In this document: piece after piece, positions 1 to 14,169 of the stretch | How the letters are laid out: every line of letters begins with the position of its first letter | How positions within the stretch are numbered: the first letter of the stretch is position 1 | Source of the DNA: Azolla caroliniana | Lineage: Eukaryota > Plantae > Polypodiophyta | Assembly: GCA_043228905.1 (NCBI GenBank) | Contig: JBHGNT010000012.1 | Coordinates: 20,832,001 to 20,896,000, forward strand | Direction: 5' to 3' | Length of the DNA stretch: 64,000 nt | Position numbers and translations under genes: made by a program | Notes under the pieces: model-generated | Databases searched by the model: none | Seen by the model: the letters and a program-made list of their open reading frames with translations, nothing else | Told to the model about the DNA's origin: nothing

Positions 1-897
1 CACTTTTATACAAGTCCTTAAAAGGGCTGATAGATTCAGTACTGACAAGTACTTCAATGCTCATATGAGCGACTGACACTGACTCCCAAAAATATGCCTA
101 CGTAGTAGGCTAGATTTGTAGGCCTCTAACGACGTATCGATTCCAATCCGATGTGGCTCTTCGTTCCGGATACTGATCTAGTTCTCCATTCCGGATACCG
201 ATCTGGCTTTGACTTATTCAGCTGATCCAGACTCAGTTGAGCTTGTCCGGTCAACACTTCCCCTCAAGCTCAACTTGAGGTCGGATCGCAATGTCAGTGT
301 CAGTGGTAGCCGGTCCTCTCCTTCGGCTCTCCTTGGCGTCTTCCCGCCTTGCTCGCGCTTCTCGACCCGTCTGGTTCCGCTTTCCATGACCCGTCCAGTC
401 CCGCGCACCTCGAACTTCTCGGTTGGCTTGTTTGCTCATAAGGCCCTTCTCAGCTCCTTCGTTGTTGTGACTTCAACACTTCTCGACCCGTCGGTTCCTC
501 CGTGACGGTGTCGACTTCCTCTACCTTCTCGTTTGTTTGGCCTTCAGTTGATTCAACTCCTTCCAATCAAACTCTTCTTCAGAATCGGCTGTCTCCGATT
601 CATTCCAGCTCTTGTTCGAATTGGTTGTCTCCAATTCATCATCAGTCTTCAGGCCCTTCACCACATCGGACCACGTCTAGGTCTTGGCCTTCTCGTTCGG
701 GTCGAATCTGTCTTTCTTCACTCTGATGTCGTCGCCACTTGTTCCGACTTCATCGGATGTGCCGACTTCTTCAGTAAACTCGGCTTCCTTTTTCTTCTTG
801 TCTCCCCCTGTTTTCCCGGTTTCCGTTCCAGTGCTCCCCGTATCAGTCCCGGTTCTCCCCCTCAAGTGTGGCATGTCGAGATGTTGAAGACCAAGAA

Positions 898-1419
898 TCT
901 CCAAAAAATGTTGCAACTTGTCGGTTCCAAGGGCTTTCGTGAATATGTTGGCAACTTGCCGATCTGTTCGGACATTCTAGAGTTCTACTTCACCTCTGAG
1001 GACCTGATCATACACAAAGTGATAATGCACTTCTATGTGCTTCGTATGAGCATGGAACACAGGGTACTTGGCTAGCTACATGTTGCTCATGTTGTCGCAA
1101 TAGATCGGGATTGGAGTCAGTACTAGGTCTTGTGGCAGCCGTCGAAGCCAAATGTCTGTTCTCCAAAAAATGTTGCAACTTGTCGGTTCCAAGGGCTTTC
1201 GTGAATATGTTGGCAACTTGCCGATCCGTCCGGACATTCCAGAGTTCTACTTCACCTCTGAGGACCTGATCATACACAAAGTGATAATGCACTTCTATGT
1301 GCTTCGTATGAGCATGGAACACAGGGTACTTGGCTAGCTACATGTTGCTCATGTTGTCGCAATAGATTGGGATCGGAGTCAGTACTAGGTCTTGTGGCAG
1401 CCGTCGAAGCCAAATGTCT
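898..1419. repeat. Tandem duplication (~262-bp period) within the RNase H region of element A
   Basis: 898-1157 and 1160-1419 are near-identical. Confidence 0.9.
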
Positions 1420-2727
1420 TCACATGTGGCAACAGTAGCGTTCAGCCTCAGTGCTCAACAGAGCCACAGTTGTCTGCTTTTTGCTGCTCCACGCAACACC
1501 CGTGCTACCCAAAGAAAACATGAATCCGCAAGTGGACCATCGATCCGACACATCTCCTACCTAGTCGCCATATGTGTTAGTATAAAAGTCCCCGATCCTT
1601 AGTGTCGTTAACATACCACAGTATACGGTGCACGCACTGAAGGTGTGCCACGATCAGTTTCTGCATAAACTAATTGATCATGCCGATCGAATAGCTAATG
1701 TCGGGTCGGGTGATCATTAAATAAACGAGGCTTCCAACAATTTCTTGGAACCGTTTCTCATCGCAGGTTGGTCCGGAGTCAGGATGAAGCTTTAGGTTCC
1801 GATCCAGGGGTGTGGAGATTGGTCGACAATCCGTCATGCCGAACTTGTACAACATATTCAACACGTAATGTCATTGAGATAACAATATGCCATCGGGGGT
1901 GTGGATCACTTCGATCCTGAGGAAGTAATGAAGGTCCCCCAGGTCCTTCATTTCAAATGCATCCGACAACTGGGACTTCACTCGGCTGATTTCAGCAAGG
2001 TTGGTTCCAATGATGACTAGATCATCCATGTATAATAAGATGCATACCAGACCTTCCGAACCTTTCCGGATGAACAACGAAGAGTCTAACTTTGAGGCCG
2101 CAAACCCCATCTTATGCAACCGGTGCGTGATCTTCAAATTCCAAACACGGGGGGCTTGCTTCAGGCCGTAAAGGGACTTCTTGAGCCGGCACACTACCGA
2201 CTTGTTCATCTCCAACTGAAAACTGGGGGGTTGGATCATGTAGACCCGTTCTTCAAGGTCGCCTTGAAGAAACACATTCTTCACATCCATTTGGTGAAGA
2301 TGTCATCCCCTTGCCGCAACAACCACTAGCACTACATGAACCGTCGTCATCTTCGCTACCGTAGCGAAGATCTCGTTGTAGTCGATTCCGTGGGTCTGCA
2401 CGTATCCTTTGGCCACTAACCGGGCCTTGTACCGGTTGACCGAGCCGTCAACATTGTACATTACCTTGTACACCCACTTGCAACCGATTAGTTTGCAATG
2501 TCGGGGAGGGTCAACAAGGTCCCATGTGTCGTTGGCATCAAGTCCCCGCATCTCTTCCTCCATAGCGGCACGCCCATGTGCGTCCTCTACCGCGTCTGCA
2601 TAGCTCTTCAGCTCACGCACTTCTGCTACTTTCGTCATGTACGCATAATGATGCACCATGTACTCATAATTATATCCTTACCTTTTTACGAGGTTCTTTT
2701 GGCGGGTCGATCGGCGCAACTTCGCAT

Positions 2728-3396
2728 TGTCGTGACGTTTCCATGCCACGATAAGAAAATAACCTCTACCAATTTATATGAGCTTATTCAAATCTTTGTA
2801 AAGGGTTATATAGAGTGCAAGGCCTCGATGAATAGGAGCGTGTGGGGGTTTAGGTGTCATGAAGGATTTGCTTCACGATAGAAAAATAAACTAAAAGATT
2901 ATGTTGAATAACATTTGAGAGAATTGAACCCATAACCTCACATACCAAACACAATGCACATACCATTAGGCTAGGTCATTTGTTCTTTTAAAGTTATATT
3001 TTAATGTTTGTACCTATGGCATGTATATTTTCATACATGAAAGCTCAAATGTGTGGGATGTCTATCATGCATCACATGTAATGCATGAACACCAAATGAC
3101 GATCATGCATCAGATGCACTACATGCATGTGTTGTACCCTCACATGCATCATATGCATGGGGACACCTATTTAAAGAGGGAAAGGGAAAAGAGTCAGGGG
3201 AACATGAGACGAGGAATATTATTGTAATAGGAGGGACAAGCTATATTATTGTACAAGAAATATTTTGTAATCATCTTCAGATATCAATACAAATTATTTT
3301 TGTTTCTCCTCTTCCTTTGACAAGAAGCCCGATGCTTACTTCTAGGATTCACGATTTTCTTTTTGTTTGCTCTCATATGCCGAGATCGACGCGACA
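2728..3396 (+). mobile_element. Solo LTR (4-bp-TSD gypsy group) inserted in element A
   Basis: TGTCGTG...CGCGACA termini. Interrupts the copia IN-RT linker. Shares the ATGCATCA-rich U3 block with the LTRs at 44259-44795 and 50641-51775. TSD is degenerate (GCAT/ACGT). Confidence 0.8.
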
Positions 3397-6300
3397 ACGT
3401 TCGCCGATTGCAAGGCCCTCTTGGCATGCTTGGACTTTGTTCCCGAAGGTCCGTCTTCGTTCTCTCTAGATTTGGGCTCTAATCCGACTTGTCTCTACCG
3501 GTGGCATATTCCAACATCTTCTTCTTCCCTTTCTCTTTGAGCATGAACCGTCTCCTCGGTTCCTTGAGCGGGGAGAGCATGAACGAGTCTCCACTACTTG
3601 CTGACTCTTCATCGGACTGGTCATTCCGACTCAGTCACTCATGCAACCCACTTAGCCGGAATGAGATCAGACTCTCATCTAGAGTACCAAATCCTTCTTC
3701 ATCTTCTGCCCGGATCGTTTTGGGCTCACTGGCCTTATCTTCTGGAATCAGGTTGGAGTCGGACATCGGAGTCGGTAGAGAGTACCATGATGCCGACTCA
3801 TCAAATTCGACATCTCGGCTCACTCGAACTTGTTTTGTTTGTGGGTTATAACACTTATAACCCTTTTCCTCATGTGAGTAGCCGAGAAGGATGCACTTCT
3901 CCAACTTTGGGTCCAACTTTCTTTGTTTCTCATCCGGCACATGCACATATGCAATGCTACCGAATATCTTAAGGTGTCTTAAATTCGGCTTCCGCCACAA
4001 ATATAGCTCCTGTGTTGACACCTTATCCCCGATTCGGTTTTGGATGTAGACGGCCGTCCGAACAACTTCAACCCAATAGAACTTGGGCATGCTCTTCTCT
4101 TCCAGCATTGCCCATGCCCCCTCCACAATCGACCGGTTCTTCCTTTTGGCCACAATGTTTTGTTCCGGTGTGTATCTGCAACTAAATTCTATCCAAATTC
4201 CCATTTGTTACAGATAAATGTTGAATTGGCCGGAAAAATATTCTTTTCCGCCATATGATTGCATGCACTTGATCTTCCTCTCTGTTTCCTGTTCTACAAG
4301 ACTTTGCAGGTTCCGGAAATAGTCGAAAATTTCGCTTTTCCTTTCGATTTGGTAGATCCATGTGTGTCGGCTGTAGTCGTCGATGAAGGAGACGAAATAT
4401 CGGCTCCCGCCAAGACTAACGTTCAGTGACGGTTCCCATGCATCCGAATGTATTAGATTGAGCATGTTATGGCTCCAGTTTCTTTCGGTGGGGAACGGAA
4501 GCCGGTATTGCTACCCGAGCTTGCAGGCTTCACAAATTTGGGCCTTCCGGCCACTAAATTTTGGCAATATGAAAACAACCTGTTTCGATTGCAGGTCTTG
4601 AAGCCTCTGTTAGTTGACGTGGCCGATCCGCTTTTGCCACAAGTCGATATCCGATTCGACCTTCTAACCTTTTGCGAACATAGTGGTGCTGACAACATTG
4701 GTGTTGAGGATAAACATCCTCCCGTCTTGGTGCCCTTGCGCATTTACTTTGCCCTCTTCTTCGATGAAGCAAGCGAGATGTGTGAATCGGACCTGCATCC
4801 CTTGGTCAACAATCTGCCCGACTAACACAAGGTTCTTTGTGATTGTCGGGATGTGTAGAACGTTCATCAGCTTTCCCTTCTACCCGACATGGTTGAGGGG
4901 AACCTCTCTTATGTGCTCGATGGTATGCGGGCTGTCGTCTTCGGATTCGACCACCCTCGATTGTTCCAGTTTTTCCAGATAAGCAAACCATTCTACATGG
5001 CTTGTCATATGATTTGACGCACCGGAATCAACGTACCATACTTCCTTCAAGTCGGAAGTGACCTTCTTCATCGAATTAGCCTTGTGTTTCATCACAAAGG
5101 CTAGACCTGTTCCATTTCCACAACTGTATTTTTCCGATTCCTCGGCATAGTGCAAGCTTTATCGGCTTCCTCGACTGGCCTTGCCGGATCCGGATTTGAC
5201 CGAATCGGCGTGCTTTTTCCAGCACTCTCTCTCCGGGTGGCCTTTCTTGCCACAATATCGGCATTCCGTTGCGGTCTTCTCTTGCCGGTTTCCGACGCCG
5301 CTTTGACTCCCCCTGCTTGTGGAGGGTCTAGAACTACTGTTGGCACTATCTCCATGTCTCCGGTTCTACTCTTGTCGGTTGCTTCCACCGCGTGCCGACC
5401 CACCTCGTCCGCCACGACCACGGGGCCGATCTTCCGTGTACAACATCCTGTTGTCGGTGTGCGTGCTCATTAACGCACTCGCGTGGTTCTCCTCTACTAG
5501 GAGCATCAATTGTAGGTCGAAAAACGAGGGGGTATTCTCCTTTGTACATACTTCCGTTCGGAATGCTCTGAACGTTGACGCTAGGCCCCCGAGACAAACC
5601 AGCACCATCTCATTTTCCTCAATGGTCACGTTGATAGAGGCAAGTGAGTTGCATATTTCTTTGATTTGGGCCGTATAGTCGGCCACCGACATGTCTATCT
5701 GTCGGACATTGCTCAACGCCTATCGGAGTTGCAACTTCTGGTCCATAGTGCTTGCGGTGAAGACCTTTTTCAAGTTTCCCCAAGCTTCCTTTGACGTCTT
5801 GGCAGCTGATCACCGACACTAGATGCAAAACAATACATTACCCTACTTGTTGCTTGTTCCCAAGTCGGCAACTCCCTTTGTGCCGCATTAGGTGTCGTAT
5901 CATTAGCTCCGTCGACATAACTCCAGTAACCGTGCCCGAGCAGGTATTGGTGCATCTTGTATGACCAAGATGCATAGTTGGATCAGTCGAGCTTCTCCGT
6001 TGGGAGCGAGCTAGCCATTCCTCGGTCGATATCCTTCTTTTGTCTGTTCTTTATCGGGTGTTACGGTTTGTCTTCAGAAAACACTTATCGACTGTTGAGG
6101 TTCTCAACCCTCGTGCTCTAATACCATTTAAAAGAATACGATTGCGGAAGCTAAGACAAAACCGGTTCGTCCGGATAGCAAAAGAATACAGACACAAGTT
6201 TAATGCAAACCTTACACAAGAGAGACAGAGAGAGCAGAACATTAAACTCAATTTAAAAAATAATAACACTCTGTACATACAATGTGCTATGTGAGCACTT

Positions 6301-7092
6301 TTATACTTTTATACAAGTCCTTAAAAGGACTGACAAAAGTACTCACAAGTACTTCAATGCTCATACGAGCGACTGACATTGACTCCCAAAAATATGCTTA
6401 TGTACTAGACAAGATTCGTAGGCCTCTAATGGCCTACTGGTTCCACTCCGATCCATCTCTTGGTTCCGGATACCGATCCGGATCTGGTTGAGCTTGTCTG
6501 CTCAACAAAAATAATTGACACTAATTCTGGAGCCAATTAATCTTCATTCCGAGTATGTATCTTGTCGGACCGAGGTCCTTCAGGGTAAATTTCAACCATA
6601 GCTACCGAATGAGATCGGTGTGCTCTCCAACATGTTAGCCAGAGAGTAGCATGTCATCCACATAGAGGATGAGGAAGACGGGAGGCCCACCTTTAGCTAT
6701 TTTTTAGAAGAGTCAGTGGTCCTCATCACTCTTAGAGAAGCCGATGGATTGTATAAAATCGTCGAACTTCTTATACCATTGCCAAGGAGCCTGCTTCAAG
6801 CCGTAAAGACTCTTCTTGAGTCGGTAGACTAAACGTTCATGACCTGGTTCAATAAAGCCTTTTGGTTGTTCCATATAGATTTCCTCATCTAGGTCGTTGT
6901 GCAGGAATGTCGTCTTTAGGTCTTGGTGGATGAACTCCAAATCTTCGGCTGCCACTACGCAAGTAGGAATCGAAGGGTGGTTATTTTCATCACTGGTGAA
7001 AAGATCTCGTCGAAATCGACGCCATATTCCTATGAGAAACCCTTCGTGACTAATTTAGCTTTATAGTTGGGACATGCTAGATCGAATGTCTC

Positions 7093-7815
7093 TTTGAGCC
7101 GATAGACCCACTTTTTTTCCCCCTAAAGGGATACGCCTTGGTATTGTAAAATCATAAGAAATACAAAAGATTTATTGGATAAAGGAGTATACCAACCGAT
7201 TCCATTGTGTCATAATGACACTCACATCATGCTTGACCCCATGACCTTATTATATGCATGTCAAATCCTTGACCATTGTATTAATATTCTTATATGTATA
7301 TTTTAGAATATATAATCTAATATCATAGGATTATTCTATATTACTCTACATTCTAGAATGACCTAGAATATTCTAGAGTGTTCTATACACTAGAACCTTC
7401 AAGAATACTCTAGAAACCTTCTAGATTACTCTACATTCTAGGATGACCTAGAATATTCTAGAGTGTTCTATACACTAGAACCTTCTAGAATATTCTAGAA
7501 ACCTTCTAGATTACTCTACATTCTAGGATGACCTAGAATATTCCAGAGTGTTCTAAATTACTTATAAATAGGAATCTATCAGTCATCCCCAAACTAAATT
7601 GGTACAACATCATTCTATAGAACTCTGTTGCCTACTCCTTGTAATCCGTTTTGCTCTGCAATATAATATTTCCCTTTCAATTCTCTCTTTTTCTTTGTCT
7701 TAGCACTATAATTCTCTCTCTGTGTGTGTGTGTCTTGACACATTATGCTCACATCATAGCCGATTTGATGTGTATATAAAAGAACTACACATATTTTGAG
7801 TCGATAGACCCACTT
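7093..7815 (-). mobile_element. Short non-LTR (SINE/5'-truncated LINE-type) insertion with 21-bp TSD, itself carrying a solo LTR
   Basis: TTTGAGCCGATAGACCCACTT (7093-7113) and TTTGAGTCGATAGACCCACTT (7795-7815) flank the insert; short oligo-T at the left edge. Confidence 0.6.
7208..7740 (+). mobile_element. Solo LTR with an internal ~78-bp tandem repeat
   Basis: TGTCA...TGACA termini; flanks CATTG/CATTA; TATAAATAGG at ~7563; CT/GT-rich 3' part. Confidence 0.7.
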
Positions 7816-8693
7816 ACATGGAAGAGCATGTCAATAAATTACAGTCCTTCAATATTGTGCATTTCTCTAAAATGATGTAAGGAACAATGTATTACAACTA
7901 TATCTATGATAGCTCTATACTGAAACAACTTGTCTCACACCATGGGAGACTCATCCCCAAAGATGATCTACTACAAATATCGTTTCATAAAACTTTTAGA
8001 GGTTGGATTCAAATGAAGAAGACTATAGCACATGTCGGTGCATGTACATTAAAAGATATATGAATTCTAAGCAACCAAATGTTTATTGATTGTATTACGC
8101 TATCACTACATTGCATCACTGGCAGACTATGTAAGGACTGCAGAGAACTTGATGCCTAGACATTGGCAAGGACATGTGACATTTATATGAGTGCCAAAAA
8201 TTTACGTTGTGACTTGTATGTGTTTCTATATTTTTCTTGTTTTCTCTATTGTCAATTTTTCTCTATGGTGTCACGTAAATGCGTGCGTGTGCACTATTCG
8301 AGCGGGACCACGACGGACTTGGACCAGGGAGGATGCAAGGACTTGAAAGCTACAGACGTTTGGGGACTTGAACGCTCCTAGGAGTCGAAAGCTTATCAGA
8401 CTTGAAGGCTCTCTACAGTCAAAGGCTTTTCCAACTCGAAGGCTCTTCAGAATTGAATGCTCTCCGAACTCAATGGCTCGCTATAGTCGAAGGCTCTCTC
8501 CAAACTTGAAAGTTATCCTGACTATGTATGTATGTAAGTATGTATGTGTATGTGTATGTGTACTATGAATACACAGGTTTTTAGCGTGGAAACCCTAAAC
8601 CAGGGGAAAACCACGAGAGAACAGATCTTCACTATAATAGTGGGTGTACAAGAGAGAGAGAAAACATATTACAACTTTGCATAACAGAGTATT

Positions 8694-9167
8694 TGTTAAG
8701 AGTTTATTACTAATCAATAGACCAAAGTAAAGTAAAAGAAGGAAAATAGATTGGATAGAAGAACCCGTTCCACCCGACCACTCCTGAGCTATGATCTAGA
8801 AATAGCCAACCTACCACCGACGTCCCATACCATCGGATATTAGGATGACTAATACCTTGGAAGAGATAAACACAATCGTCGAGACGAAAGCCTAGCCCGC
8901 ACCACTGGTGTCTAAGACAACAACCTTTCGATGTAATATGCTTATGAGGGTAGCTAAGCCTCATATTATACCTTTTCCTAGGCCCCTTGAATAGATGTGC
9001 CCTTCTAAAAGGGTCTCCATTCATTGGTTGCCCAAATCATGATAGTGCATGCACCTATCAGTCCTTCTATCCAATCACATTAGCCCCTTTTTTAACATTA
9101 GTGAACATAACCTTCACTAATGTAAATATTAGTGACCTACCCTCACCAACGTTATGTGTACATAACA
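8694..9167 (-). mobile_element. Solo LTR of the chromovirus family (474 bp), older copy, inside another LTR-like relic (~8270-9643)
   Basis: Aligns end to end with LTR 34679-35152; TGTTAAG...ATAACA termini; flanks GTATT/ATATT. Confidence 0.9.
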
Positions 9168-12100
9168 ATATTCCCCTTAGGGTTCAGGCAACATGTACCT
9201 CTCTGTCTATGTCTGCACGCGAGCTCTCTCTCACGCGTCACGCATATACACTCTCTCCCTATTCTACTCTACACAACAAAAATTCTACTCTACATCCCCA
9301 ACTTAAAATTTGCCCTAGGTGTATTTATACTTATACACACTATGAGATATTTACAAATATTCTAGTATTATTATTATTTGATAATAACACTAACAACCGA
9401 TAATCAACTGACTCCTATGTCGATTCTCCAATCGGCCCGACTAGTCAGCCTTGTTGTCGACCATCCAATCGTCCTGGCTAGTCGGTCGTGTCTTCGACTG
9501 GATCACTTACTATACTGTCGACTCTCCATATTGAGTCCTCCTTGTCATCGATTGTTGGCTTTCTGCTACTGCTTGTCTTCGACTGTCGACTCTTACTCAG
9601 CCGAGCTGTCGGCTCCTCCCACAAGAGGGACATATTCCTAACAACAACAGTATATATTTAGGAAACCAATGCATTAAAAATTCCACAAGGAATTTAATGA
9701 CAAAAATGCATAATATTTCATATAACCTAGGGTGTACTCATATTTCTTACCATGCCAATGGGGATCACTACCTTTCATGATATGATAGGATGCATCAACA
9801 AGAATATCCCTATGGAAAAGTGTGTCCTTTCTTCATAATCGTTGTTGGTGTTAACGTACTTAGTAGAGCATCCCCAAGTAATCTTGCTCTTTGAGATTTG
9901 TTGCAAGGTTTTGCAAAGTATCATAGACTACGTCGAATGGTTACTGTTATAGACACATAAGATTTTATGATCATAATTAGGATTTGCAATTGCAAAGATC
10001 ATATGCACTAAATAGGACCTCTCCACAGTTCCAACAGAGGAAATATTCATTGAATATATCGAGTCAAATCTCACAAAAGCAGTTGTGTTAGACCATGAGA
10101 TGTAGTTATCCGATTCAATGCTATTGAGAGACAAGCTCAACATCGGCCGGATCGGCTGAAGAAGCTGAGGACTGGATCGGTTGGGACCGATCGGTTAGGC
10201 CGAGTGCGTAAACCGGGAGGCCGTTAGGAAAGATATTCCGTGAGGAATATATTTGGGAGTTAGCGTAGGAGCTCTTAAAGAGCATTGAAGTACGGTCAGT
10301 ACTTCGGTCAGTCCTTCGAGGACTTGTATAAAAGTGTTCATGGAACACACATATGTATAGAGTAGTGAATCAAGATCTTTTGTTGAATATAGTTCTTGTG
10401 TTTTCTCTCTCTCACTCTCTCTGTCTCTCCCGCGTATACTGCGTATACTGCGTAAGCTCAAGCTCTCCATTAAACCTGAGTTTTCTTCCTTCTGTTCGGT
10501 CTTCATACTTGCTTCCGCACGTTACTTTTTACATGGTATCAGAGCACGAGGGTTGAGAACCTCTCTGCAGCCGACACAGCTTGACGAAGAAGAACAAGAA
10601 GAACGATGGATAGACGCATGGCGAGCTCGCTTCCAACAGAGAAGCTCAACAGAACCAACTACGCGTCTTGGTCTTACATGATGCACTAGTACCTGCTCGG
10701 GCATGACTACTAGAGTTATGTCGAAGGAGCTAATGACGCGGCACCCGAATCGACACACAGAGACTTCCCGTCGTGGGAGCAATCGGCGAGCAGGGTATTA
10801 TACTGCTTCGCGTCGTGTGTGGGCGAACAACTATTGAGCTATGTTCGGGATGCAAAGACGCCGAAGGGTGCGTGGGAAAATTTGAAGAAGATCTTCGCCG
10901 CGAGCACCACAACCAGGAAGCTTCAGCTCCGACAGGAGTTGAGCAACCTACGACAACGCGACTTATCGGTGGCGGACTATACCTCGAAGACTAAGGATAT
11001 CTGCGACTCCCTCGCCTCCATAGAGGTGAACATCGAGGAGAACGAAATGGTCCAGATCTATCTCAGAGGTTTGGCGTCGAAGTTCGGAGCGTTCCGGACG
11101 GCTATGTGTACCTGGGAGAATACGCCGTCCTTTTTCGACTTACAGTCAATGCTCCTGGTAGAGGAGAACCACGCGGGTGCGTCTAAAAGCACGCACACCG
11201 ATAGCAGAATGTTGTACACGGAGGGAGATAGGCCCCGTGGACGTGGAGGACGAGGCGAGTCGGCGCGCAATGGAGGCGGCCGACAAGATCAAGGAAGAAG
11301 GCACCGAAGTGATGCCGACAGCAACTCCGGACCCTCTGGAAACAGGGGGAGTCGAAGCGATGAGAACCGGCAAGGGAAGGCCATCGCGGAGTCCTGGTAC
11401 TGTGGCAAGAAAGGCCACAGGGAAAGTAAGTGCTAGAAGAAGCGCGCCGATTCGGAGAGAACCGGTTCCGGAAACGGCTCCGGACATACCGACAAGGGAA
11501 ATCGGCAGCGATCACACTACGCCGAAGACTCCAGGAGAGCCAGAGAAGGGTCTGCCTTCGTGACGAGACACGAAGCAAAGTCAATGAAACGGATCACCCC
11601 GAGATTGGACGAGGTGTGGTACGTAGACTCCGGCGCATCAAACCACATGACGAGCCATAAGGAGTGGTTCTCGTACCTTGAAAAACCGATACAACCTGGA
11701 GTAGTCGCAACTGGAGACGACACTCCGCATCCGATCGCGAATGTCGAAGAAGTTCCCCTTAGCCATGTCGGGCAGAAAGGGAAACTCATGAACGTGCTGC
11801 ACGTTCCGACAATCACGAAGAACTTGGTCTCGGTCGGACAGATCGTCAACCAAGGGATGGAGGTTCGGTTTACACACCTTGGGTGCTTCATTGAGGAAGA
11901 AGGCCATGTGATTGCGCAAGGGCGCAGAGACGGGAGGATGTTCATCCTCGACTCCACTGACGGCGACACCGCAATGTTCGCGAAGGGAAGAAAAATCGAG
12001 TCGGACATCGACTTGTGGCACAAGCGGATAGGCCACGTCAACTACCAGCGGCTTCAAGATCTGCAATCGAAACAGGTAGTGTTCAGATTGCCCAAATTTA

Positions 12101-14169
12101 GTGGCTGAAAGGCACAAATTTGTGAAGCCTTCCAGCTCGGGAAGCAACACCGACTTCCTTTCCCCAACGAGCAAAACCGGAGCCGGAATAAGCTCGACCT
12201 TATACACTCCGATGTATGGGGGTCGGCACAAAACGTTAGTCTTGGCGGGAGCTGATATTTCGTCTCCTTCATCGACGACCACACGCGGCACACGCGGATC
12301 TACCTCATTGAGAGGAAGAGCGAAGTCTTCGACTGTTTCCGGGACCTCAAAGGGTTCGTGGAAACGGAAACGGGACGAAAGATCAAGTGCCTGCGGTCGG
12401 ATGGCGGGAAAGAGTACTTTTCTAGTCAATTCAACGGTTATCTACAACAAATGGGAATTCAACGCGAATTCAGTTGTAGATACACGCCAGAGTAGAACGG
12501 CGTGGCTGAGAGGAAGAATCGGTCAGTTGTGGAAGCGGCACGGGCAATGTTGGAGGAGAAGAGCCTACCCAAGTTCTACTGGGCCGAGGCGGTAAGGACC
12601 GCGGTATACATCCAGAACCGGATCGGAGACAAAGTGTCGGTGCACGAGCTGTATTTCGGAACGAAGCCAAACTTGCGACACTTGAGGGTGTTCAGTAGCA
12701 TTGCGTATGTGCATGTACCGAAGGAGAAAAGGAGGAAGCTGGACGCAAAGGCTGAGAAATGCATCTTGGTCGGTTACTCGGACGAGCAGAAGGGTTATAA
12801 GTGCTATAACCCTTGCACCAAACAAGCGCGTGTTAGCCGCGACGTTGTGTTTGACGTGTCTGCGTCCTGGTACCAGCCCCCGACTCCGAACCCCGACTCC
12901 AATCCGAGCTCTGACGATGAGGTCAGCAAGGCCGAGATGCCTCCGGATGAGCCCGAAATTGAGACCCGCGAAGAGAGTCCGATTTCACTCCGTTTAAGTG
13001 GACCGACTGGACGACTGAGTCGGTACGACCAGTCCGATGAAGAGCCGGCGAGTAGTGGAGACTCGGCCGTGCATTCCCCGCGCAGGAAGCCGAGGAGACG
13101 GCTTACGCACAAAGAGAAAGGGAAGAAGAAGGTGTCGGATTCCGGCACGGATAGGAACGAGTCAGACCGACGCGAGTCCGACTCCGAGGGATCAGGTGAC
13201 GGGTCTTTAAAGGTGAAGACCGCGTCGACCGAGAAGGCCTCGACATCGGCTAATGTGAGATTACGCCGATCTACCCGCCAGAAGAATCCTGTTTTGCGGT
13301 TCGGATACAACGAGTACATGGCGCGTCATTATGCGTACATGACCCGTGTAGCGGAAGTGCGTGAGCCGGAGAGCTACGCAGAAGCGGCTAAAGACACGAA
13401 TTGGCGTGCCGCGATGGAGGAAGAGATGCACGCATTGGCGGAGAACGAGACCTGGGACCTGGTTGACGCACCAAGAGGGGTAAAACCGATCGGGTGTAGG
13501 TGGGTGTACAAGGTCAAGTACAACACCGATGGCTCGGTCAACCGGTACAAGGCTCGGCTAGTGGCAAAGGGCTACGTGCAGAAACACGGCATTGACTACG
13601 ATGAGACGTTTGCGCCGATCGGGAAAATGACGACCGTCCGTGTTTTGCTCGCAGTAGCTGCGGTGAAGGGGTGGCACTTACATCAGATGGATGTAAAGAA
13701 TGCGTTCCTGCAAGGTGACCTTGAGGAACAGGTGTACATGGTACAACCCCCCAGATTTCACTCTGGAATGAACTCCTCGGTAGTATGCCGACTGAAGAAG
13801 TCCCTTTACGGATTGAAGCAAGCCCCGCGTGCCTGGAACGCGAAGATCATGCAACAACTGCGTCGGATGGGCTTCGTCATGTCAAAATCGGACTCTTCCC
13901 TGTTCATCCGGAAAGGTCGACTCGGACCGGTTAGTATTTTACTATATGTTGATGACTTGGTCATCACCGGCCCCGACCTACGTGAAATCGACCGCGTGAA
14001 GCTCCAGCTTGCGGCTTCGTTCGACATGAAGGATCTGGGGGACCTTCATTACTTCCTCGGGATCGAAGTGATCCGTACCCCCGAAGGCATATTGATCAGG
14101 CAACGTCACTACGTGCTGAGTATGCTCTTCAAATTTGGGATGGCCAACTGTAAGTCAGTCTCGACTCCA

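Larger units (their letters stand above)
677..6018 (-). pseudogene. Copia gag-pol polyprotein, fragmented by many stops and frameshifts
   Basis: ORF fragments 5770-5955 and 5366-5716 (gag), 4880-5155 (PR), 4208-4465 and 3635-4204 (IN), 2303-2659 and 1871-2290 (RT), 1008-1322 (RNase H). Confidence 0.92.
1..6507 (-). mobile_element. Degenerate Ty1/copia LTR retrotransposon (element A); 3' LTR truncated by the window start
   Basis: 5' LTR ~6127-6507 matches the partial 3' LTR at 1-256. Mutated tRNA-iMet PBS (rc TGGTATTAGAGC) at ~6115-6126; polypurine tract at 257-268. Minus-strand fragments run gag-PR(YVDSGAS)-IN-RT(YMDDL)-RNaseH(HTKHIEVHYHFV), the copia order. Confidence 0.93.
6540..7830 (-). 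pseudogene. Copia RT fragment of the same family as the intact element at 21608-27060
   Basis: ORF 6713-6955 (DEEIYMEQPKGF...LYGLKQAP) closely resembles the RT of the 1338-aa polyprotein. Confidence 0.85.

Noticed and set aside
3021-3227. His/Met-rich small proteins (also 44302-44628 and 51351-51563)
   Set aside because: Translations of the ATGCAT-rich LTR U3 block; no evidence of coding.
9650-10121. Host gene fragment continuing at 16510-16860
   Set aside because: No recognisable motifs or consistent reading frame by eye.
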